A stretch of DNA of 44,756 bases from Bigelowiella natans CCMP2755 (lineage: Eukaryota; Protista; Cercozoa). Every line of letters starts with the position of its first letter. Within the stretch, counting starts at the first letter, position 1. This document shows, piece after piece, positions 37,100 to 44,756 of the stretch. The position numbers were made by a program, and so were the translations under genes. The notes beneath the pieces are model-generated. The model was not told the DNA's origin. It worked only from the letters and a program-made list of their open reading frames with translations, and ran no database searches. The DNA is taken from contig ADNK01002191.1 in assembly GCA_000320545.1 (NCBI GenBank), positions 1 through 44,756 of the forward strand, written 5' to 3'.

Positions 37100-37720
37100 T
37101 TGTGACAATGTGTCTTGATGTACATGGCTAGATAGGCTAGATGCTGTATTCATGTACGTATTGTAGTAGTTACACTGTCTAGTACGTTCTAGCGTTGTGT
37201 AGCGCGCGGATCGGATAGCCAGATGGCGACACTATCTAGCTATACTTTTTGACTAACGAAAACAAATATAATACAACACCGTAGCTAGATCTAGAAATGC
37301 GGCACTTCTAGATAGACTTACTATCTATCTAGCTATAGCTAGTATAGCTATGTAGTATGCTAGTATGGCTGTCTGCTGTCGCGCAGTGCATGCATGCGCT
37401 TGCATGAGCAAGCAAGCGATGCGTGTCTAGCTCTAGCTAGCTAGCTAGCTTGCTTGGCGACATACGATCTAGGCAATGCGTGCTGTACACGTCAGATGTC
37501 GTACGCAGCTACCTATGCTAGCTAGATGCAGCTTGCTAGTTTGTATCTAGCGTAGCAGCTTAAGAGCTATCTAGCTACATATGCATGTACTATGTGCAAT
37601 TTCGTTAGCTATATCAGCTATGTATGCCTACATGTATTTTTAGCTAGATAGGCATATGTCTCTATATACGTGTACCGTCAATATACAAAAGCACATGCGT
37701 AGCACATCATGCATGCATCT
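37100..37720. other. Palindrome-rich (CTAG/AGCT/CATG/TGCA) intergenic region between convergent genes
   Basis: Runs such as ctagctctagctagctagctagc and gcatgcatgc between the FGGY (+) and bHLH (-) stop codons; the same composition appears at the other convergent junctions. Confidence 0.8.
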
Positions 37721-37897
37721 AAGAAAATGCACGAATATTTGGACATATACGTCTGAGGATGTTCACATTGTACATAACAAAATAGTGTATAATTTATTTG
37801 ACACAGGGATGGATTAAACCAAATGTTTTTGCTGGGAAATGCTTGTTTTTTTGACTCATCTGGGGAATTCTAGTTGATGCTCAGCGTGTACTAATGC

Positions 37898-39618
37898 TTA
37901 TTTGAACAGCATAGACGGCCGCAGCAAATCGTCAAAACTTTCAGCCTTGGGGAGCGAGGAGAGCACGTTATCGAAAAGCTGGAAAAACAAAAATAAAAAG
38001 TGAGCAAGGCCATTTCCGAACTTCCTATTGATGAAGAATGAACATTACCGGTTTGAACGTAAAATCCACGTCCTCCATTGGGCAAGGTGAATCGTTATTC
38101 TTCCTTTCCTCTGCAAATGGGTTGTTATCCTGCTGCAAGATTAGCCTTTGTAGGGAACCAGATCTACGCCGCATGTGACGAATAGACGGACTGTATGAAC
38201 CCGTAGGTTCCTTCAGCTTTGGAACAGGAACTTTATTCGGATTCGGCGGGGGTGGCGGGGTGGCAGAGGACCAATCCTCTTGCATTCTTGAATTCTTTAT
38301 CATTTGTCTTTCCCGCCCTTGTTGTTTACTATCTAGTTCTGGCTTGACAACTGTTCCTTGCCCATCCCTAATCATCACTTGCTGCTGCTGGCGGTGTCTT
38401 CTCGCCGAGGCCGCCGCTGCTGCTGCAGAAGCCGCCGCTTTATGTTGTTCAAGCTGGGTTAAGCCTGCCGAAAGACAGCGGGACACGCTTTGGCACTGCT
38501 CATATAGCTTTTGTTTCTCTTTTTCCAGGCAGGCGTTCTCTTCCCGTAAGCTATCAATTATTCTAATCGCTTCTGATAGGACAGAACTCTTATCTAACCT
38601 TCCCCTTGAGTCGGAGCTTACCACATCGCAGAGAGCATGAAACTTGTCGTTCACTTTCTGTCGGTTCATTTTCTCTCGGTGGCTCTTGCTCATTTTCCCA
38701 GTGAGCGTTCTACTTGTAGGATAAGGTGCAGCCGCATTGCTAAACAAAATAAACGGTTAAGTATCTAAATTAGTCAAAAGATTAATCAACATATTACACC
38801 GCTACTCATTTAAGTAATTTAGAAGTCAATGTTCGAATAATAATATGAACTTCGAAAGCCATGTCAGAGGTATGCAGATGGGTTGGGAAGTTCCGTTCAA
38901 ATGGAAAGTAAACAAATGATTACCTTCTAGCTTTCCTACGTTTATTCTTCATGGTTCTACTATTCTTGGCGTTCTGCCTTTGCACTCGGTTGACCGCATA
39001 GTTGACAACGTCCTCTAAGGTTGCATTCTTCCCCGCCCTTCCGCGAAATTCCCAATTTGCAAGAATCTGCTCGAAAGTAGCAGCCTGTGAAAGAGCCCCT
39101 AAATTTCCTTTTCCATTTTGCCTTCCACCTGGCCCTCCAAGGCATTGGAAGGATTCCCAAAAATTGACCGCGTCTTTGATGTTCACTGAATCTCCATTCG
39201 CTCCGTTCCCATGTTTTCGATCTGTACTACTACTCGATAGCCCTGGGTGGGGTTTTCCTAAGTTTATCGGGAATCCCCACTGCGGAGGCCCTATAATTTG
39301 GGCTAGCGCGAACGGCAGCGAGGGATGGATGGGCTCCATGCCAAACGCGATGAAGGTTAGATTTTGAGGTGTGAAAGTGATATCACACACCAGCTCATTT
39401 ATCTGGTAATCAATAATAACGTATTGTCGCTATTATATTACTAAGTGCTATATTCAACGACATCATATTAAATAGTATTTACTAAGGTTTGGAAATCCTT
39501 GGCATCTGTTTCAGTTCCATCTTGAGTTCTCTCTGTATAATTTTTTACAAATACATAGTATTTTATTTATGCGTCATCATATTTAATTATTATTTGAATG
39601 AAAATATCCGACTACCAT
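37898..39618 (-). CDS. bHLH-leucine-zipper transcription factor
   Basis: KSHREKMNRQKVNDKFHALCDVV...RLDKSSVLSEAIRIIDSLREENACLEKEKQKL is a basic-HLH followed by heptads. Exons join in phase; last exon LFDNVLSS...SMLFK* ends at 37898. Start codon uncertain. Confidence 0.85.
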
Positions 39619-40224
39619 GAAAAATAAATACACTTTCTGAAATATATGATCTTCAATATATTAATTCAGACTCAGCAGGCAGCACAGAATCAAACATGGA
39701 TGATGAAATTTCAGAAATAATCGCACTCACTTTGAAGTCGCAAGCTCTAATTAGAGAAGAATTTCACTTGCTGGCCTATGTTTAATTTCGTTTTTGGTGA
39801 TATTACCAAAGGTTTCAATTCGGTTATAAGTCCGATTAAACTTACTCGTGGAAAAACATATTTATGACCCGGGATCTATTGTTTTTGAGTGTAAATGTAG
39901 GGCACTTCTTGTATTTTGAACTTAAAAAAAAAGCCGTAGGTGTTTTAGGCCTTAGACACAGATCTAGTTTTCGATGACAGAATCTATGCAGAATGGAATT
40001 ATTCATGTTCCGACTTTAAGATATTTTCAGGTCGAAAAAAATCCTAAATTTCATTCTTCTCTCTGTGTATATTTTAGATGTTTTGAGTATGTATTTCTAA
40101 CTAGATTCGCTCCTCGGACTGCCTTCGATATTGGACCCCCACGGGTCACCTCGTACCAGCACATGCTCAAAGCTATCGGCCTCACCACCAGCAGTCAGAA
40201 CTACACGTGCGGCAGAAGGTATTG

Positions 40225-41268
40225 ATGAATGTGGGAAGATCAAAGCCAGAAGAAAAGGCAGAAAGCCCGGCCCAACTTCGAAGGGAGTCGTTCCAGCGAG
40301 ACGGCTTCGTGATTTTGAGAGCTCTGCTCTCCGATGAACAAGACTTAGGCCCTATTAGAAAAGAGTACACCGATTATATCTCTTCGAGGACGAAAACACT
40401 CGTCGAAGAGGGGAAATTGTCGACCGACTACATCGAAAGGGCATTTGACGAGAGGCTGGCATGTGTCTGTCGAGAATGGAACGAAATCTACATGGAGCTT
40501 GGCCTCCATGAATTGTACCCAAAATCCGTGTTCAACCTCATGACGTCGAACCATAAAATTCTTTCTATTGTAGATGAGCTGTTGGCAAAACCTGAGCCCG
40601 AGGACTCATCATCATCATCATCATCATCATCTTCGGGTGATGAGAAGAGGGGGTCGCTAAGCACGTACCAGCTAGCGATCAGCCCCATCCAGCACCTGCG
40701 GCCAAAGCTCCCTACAAAACTGACGCCGAGGCAGGGGGACCCTCATTGCGTCCCGTGGCATCAAGACGTGGGAGTGTGCGTTCCCGAGTCAGATTCGACT
40801 GATATGATCACGGTTTGGATCCCGCTTGTACCCGTTGGCCAGGCGAATGGCTCCTTGCTGCTCAACCCGGGGGGGCATAAAAGGGGGCTTCTCCAGCACA
40901 AGATACATCGAGGCATCCAGATCCCGCCAACGGAGCTCCCGAGAACAGGCCTGGAAGAGCGATTGGTTAAGATAGGACCTGGCGACGTGCTGTTCATGTC
41001 GAAGTACTGCCCGCATCGTTCCACTAAGAACGTCTCGCGCACCGTGCGTTGGAGCATTGATTTGCGGTATCAGAGGGCCAATACTACAAGCGGGCGCCCC
41101 TTCTTCCCGACGTTTAATATTGGTGATCGAGGCCTAGTCTTCGACGAGTGGAAGAAAACCTGGCAGGCAGCAAAAGCCCAGTACAAGGGCCAGGCAATTC
41201 ATCGCTGGACTGCCCGTCGGAAGGAGAGTACAAAGGCGCAGAAACGTAAAGAGGGCACCGAAAAATAA
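40225..41268 (+). CDS. Phytanoyl-CoA dioxygenase (PhyH)-family 2OG-Fe(II) oxygenase
   Basis: FQRDGFVIL, HxD motif VPWHQD, ITVWIPL, NGSL, GDVLF...HRS..N.S..VRWSIDLRY. A short upstream exon from ATG 40163 is possible. Confidence 0.9.
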   Translation: MNVGRSKPEEKAESPAQLRRESFQRDGFVILRALLSDEQDLGPIRKEYTDYISSRTKTLVEEGKLSTDYIERAFDERLACVCREWNEIYMELGLHELYPKSVFNLMTSNHKILSIVDELLAKPEPEDSSSSSSSSSSGDEKRGSLSTYQLAISPIQHLRPKLPTKLTPRQGDPHCVPWHQDVGVCVPESDSTDMITVWIPLVPVGQANGSLLLNPGGHKRGLLQHKIHRGIQIPPTELPRTGLEERLVKIGPGDVLFMSKYCPHRSTKNVSRTVRWSIDLRYQRANTTSGRPFFPTFNIGDRGLVFDEWKKTWQAAKAQYKGQAIHRWTARRKESTKAQKRKEGTEK

Positions 41269-41971
41269 GGGAGTGATTTACAAGGAGAAAAATAGTAGAG
41301 GCCCATTAAACTCGAACAAAATGTGTCCGTAATGTAAGATACGCATGATGAGGCTTCCTCATACATACATTGCCTACGATACGCATGCCGTGCGTGAGGC
41401 TGCACAATTGCTATATATAGCCACGAAGCGACTTTACCTATCTAGCTCTGATGCAACGGAACACACGCGTACGTCTATTTGTGCGCTACCTGGTACACGC
41501 GTGTAAAGCATCGATATGACAGCTAAAGCTACCTAGCTACGCCGTACTAGCGTGCTTGCGCCGCACAACATAATAATATGTTTCAGATGCCATGTCTATA
41601 CCAACACATGATAATATCTGCTTACTAGCTGGCCGCGGCTGGTCTGCTTATACACACCGCCTAGCCGCCACGCACAGCATCTAACAGCAGCTTCATGTAC
41701 ATGGTCAAATACATATGTGTGTATACACGCGGACATGCTGTCGTCGGTCATATTGATTGTTAACAACAGACAAGACGCAGCGACTTACGCTAGTACGCTA
41801 TGTATGGATGCATGCATTTTGTCTAAAGCATTGAACATCGAGAAAGGGCACACGCAGGGCTAATGCGGCGGCGTTGGTGGTGACCATCATCACAATCGCG
41901 TATATCCTATCTCCCGCCAGTCGTCGCCTCCCTTATTTCCGGCTGGCCTGCTTTTCAAAGTGCTTGTAATT

Positions 41972-42089
41972 CTATTCCTCGGGCAAGATCTCCACCTCAT
42001 CCTCGCTACTACTGTCGAGATCAAGGTCGATTTCAGCTTCCTCTTCCTCCTGTGAACGTAAGATCGCCAGATTGAATTCGTGTGAGTAT

Positions 42090-42120
<31 letters not shown>

Positions 42121-42739
42121 GAAGAGAGAAAGAGAGAAAGAGAGAGAGAGAGAGAGCGACAGGATGCTTCAGCAATCGGAAAGTACATGCAACAACAGAT
42201 GTAAACAGAATGAAAGCGAGGCGGAATTTAGGTTGGTGAGTGCCGCCACCTCCCCGCGACTAGGAGAAATATGAATAAATAAAAGCACTCCTTCATCCCC
42301 AGTAGAACCCCCAAGTTTTCCTCCACTAACATAGCTCCTTAGCGGTCTCTCGATAGGTTTCCCATCGGGTGAGTAATCAAGCAGCCGAACTAAACTACCT
42401 CCATTCCTTCCCCCATTCCAGCATCGCCCCCCTCGAACTCATCTTCCTCAAGGGCCTGCGGGGCGTTCTCGAGAATGTCCTCGTCCATCTTCCGACGCCT
42501 ATGCGCGTGTTGTTGCAAAAACGGTGGAAACATGCGTTGTAAAACGGTGAAAGCAGAGCGGCGGGCAGCCAGCCTCCTCGGTGCATCGAAGCTCTCGATT
42601 TGGAGGTGCTGAGAAGATCAGAGGTCGCTGTCTTCTTCTTCTCAACCATGTTTTTAGAAAAAAAAGGATGACGACCACGAGCGCAGCAGTAGTAGGTTGG
42701 GGAATGAGTAGCCGCGTTAATGATAATTCCGATATATAA

Positions 42740-42780
<41 letters not shown>

Positions 42781-43028
42781 TATACATATATTATTACCGT
42801 CGCTTGTACTTCTCCTCATCAGTCTCATCGGCCTCTGTCATTGTAGATAGTATATTATGTTTGAATTAGTGCGTGCAGGTTAACAGCTCATCATACTCGT
42901 TCACTGCTGCTTTGCGACTGCCGTGTTGGCTGCTGCCTGGCTTTTACCTTCTGGAGGAGCAGCTTTGCTCTGCTCTCGCTGCCGTCGCTTCTTCGCGGCG
43001 GCCTGTGCCTTTTTCTAAAGCACGATGC

Positions 43029-43065
<37 letters not shown>

Positions 43066-43531
43066 AGAAAAACAATCCTCTGCTTTGGCTAATGCTCCTG
43101 TGCCTTAGTCGAGGGGATGAGCATTTCTACCGTATTTTCATCTTTCCTCCTCCTCGTCGGGCCTTTCGGCTTGGCTGTTCGTTTTCTCGTGGTGTCCCTC
43201 GGAGTGCTGGGGGGGGCGCTGCCAGGCAACACAAGCAACAACACGATGGCACATTACGAATTGTGCTCGCAGTCATTTGCAGCAGCAATGGTGGGCGGCG
43301 ACGCTGACGGGATGGTGATGATGATAATGATGATGATGATGATGATGATGATGCATAGAAGGAAGAAAGAAGAAATCCAATTGTTTCCTTCCGATCCGGT
43401 GAAACAAAAAAAAAATAATAATCTCCAGCGATAAGGCATGCAATCGATTTAGCCCCCCCCCTCCCCTAGACAGAACAGCTCAACGGTACCGACCGAACCT
43501 CAAGTCACGAGAAGAAATCACTTTTCTTAAG

Positions 43532-43572
<41 letters not shown>

Positions 43573-43831
43573 CAGAAGGCGAGGGTTCAATGAGAATCGT
43601 CACGTAGGATATCACATCGTCTTAGATATGCGGGGAATGGGCTCGAGATCCTGCCAGAATGTGCTATCCTCAGGCCCCTTCGTAGTTCCGTGCTCGAGGA
43701 ACTTCTCCACCTTGCAAGGTGACAGAAGATGGGCATGAGAAAGGAAGCACGATGAAGGAAAATGGAATAGCACTATGGCAAGGTCTAGAAAAGTGCGACT
43801 CGTAATCTACGAGTGCTGCTTGAAGTACATG

Positions 43832-43868
<37 letters not shown>

Positions 43869-44634
43869 TTTCTATAGAACAAGACACTCACGTATTGACA
43901 CATACACACGCGCGCGCGCGCATGATATTCGTCGCATCCGAGCCACCTACCTCTTTCTTTTCGAATTCGTCATCAAAGACGCTGTACTTATACTCAAAGA
44001 ACCTGATGGTAAACACGGTGCATTGGACTCACTGCGCGGAGAAGGAAGAACGCCACACGTCTCTGTGTGCGTGCGCGTCTCTCCTGCAGGCTGTGCAGCA
44101 GTGCTAGCGACATTGTTTTCATCATCATCATCATCACAAAATTCCCCATTCTCCTTGAACAACAACTCTCTGCTTACGATTTCTCGCAGAACGTACCGGT
44201 CAACCCCCTCACCGCGCGCGATCTTCTTCACGAATAACAGCTGCGGGTATCTGAGGATGCACACAGGTAGTGAGCACGGCGCATCTAGATCACGCACGGA
44301 AACGCCTCCATGGCCGTCATCATACCATACCCCCCCCCCCCCCCCCACCAGGAATTGTCACAGATTCTGTTTTCCCATAGTGTTATCTATCATATTGTAT
44401 TGTGCTTCACCCCATCATCGCGGGAGGCAGATGCAGAGAAATCTGCCTTTTCGTGATATCCTACACATTAGAGGGGGGGGAGGAGGATGAAGATCAAAGA
44501 AACACAGAAATGTAAGGAAGAGGTCATGTGTATGTGATACAAGGCCTTCTCCCTCTCTCCACACCCCACAGAAGGATTTGAAGTTTCTGCTCAGATGGGT
44601 CAGGGCAGCATGAAAGCAGCAGCAGTTTTACCTT

Positions 44635-44672
<38 letters not shown>

Positions 44673-44756
44673 ATCTACTACCAGAATGAAGTATCTCAGC
44701 TTTCGGTGGTTCTTCATAATATCGTCCATGACTTGCTTCTTATTCGCCGGAAGAGC
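41972..44756 (-). CDS. Hypothetical multi-exon protein with basic and acidic C-terminal tracts (5' end outside window)
   Basis: In-phase exons ALPANKKQVMDD...RYFIL|DITKRQISLHLPPAMMG|YPQLLFVKKIARGEGVDR|FFEYKYSVFDDEFEKKE|ITSRTFLDLAI|VEKFLEHG...|...KKAQAAAKKRRQRE...|EEEEAEIDLDLDSSSEDEVEILPEE* (stop at 41972). Confidence 0.7.

Noticed and set aside
40219-40238. 20-nt nucleomorph-sized intron joining an upstream ATG (40163) to PhyH
   Set aside because: An alternative in-phase acceptor gives a 47-nt intron and an in-frame ATG exists at 40225; not decidable without transcripts.
1-44756. Alternative genetic code or non-canonical intron system
   Set aside because: TAA, TAG and TGA all end genes, and recognisable genes splice with GT-AG sites and no in-frame stops; only two GC donors were needed.

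Overview
Eukaryotic nuclear DNA from a gene-dense, intron-rich protist; a chlorarachniophyte-like genome is my low-confidence guess from the short GT-AG introns, many AAG acceptors and one targeting-like leader. About 13 ordinary genes can be spliced by hand: glyoxalase II, a FAAP24-like protein, an ankyrin-repeat protein, an intronless USP35/38-like deubiquitinase, an FGGY sugar kinase missing most of its N-domain, a bHLH-ZIP factor, a PhyH dioxygenase and several hypotheticals. These genes alternate strand almost perfectly, and most introns hold microsatellites. The most striking signal is in the accessory block at about 7.2-13.5 kb. Two tracts of about 1.15 and 1.25 kb (7538-8689 and 12190-13432) have almost no TpA, and nearly all surviving TpAs are in CTAG. 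That pattern fits a strand-specific A-to-G (TAH->TGH) hypermutation that spares TAG, a kind of reverse RIP acting on gene relics. A weaker CTAG/CATG/TGCA version of the signature marks every tail-to-tail intergenic region between intact genes. The mechanism is inference; the compositional signal is directly visible. All gene models and counts were made by hand.
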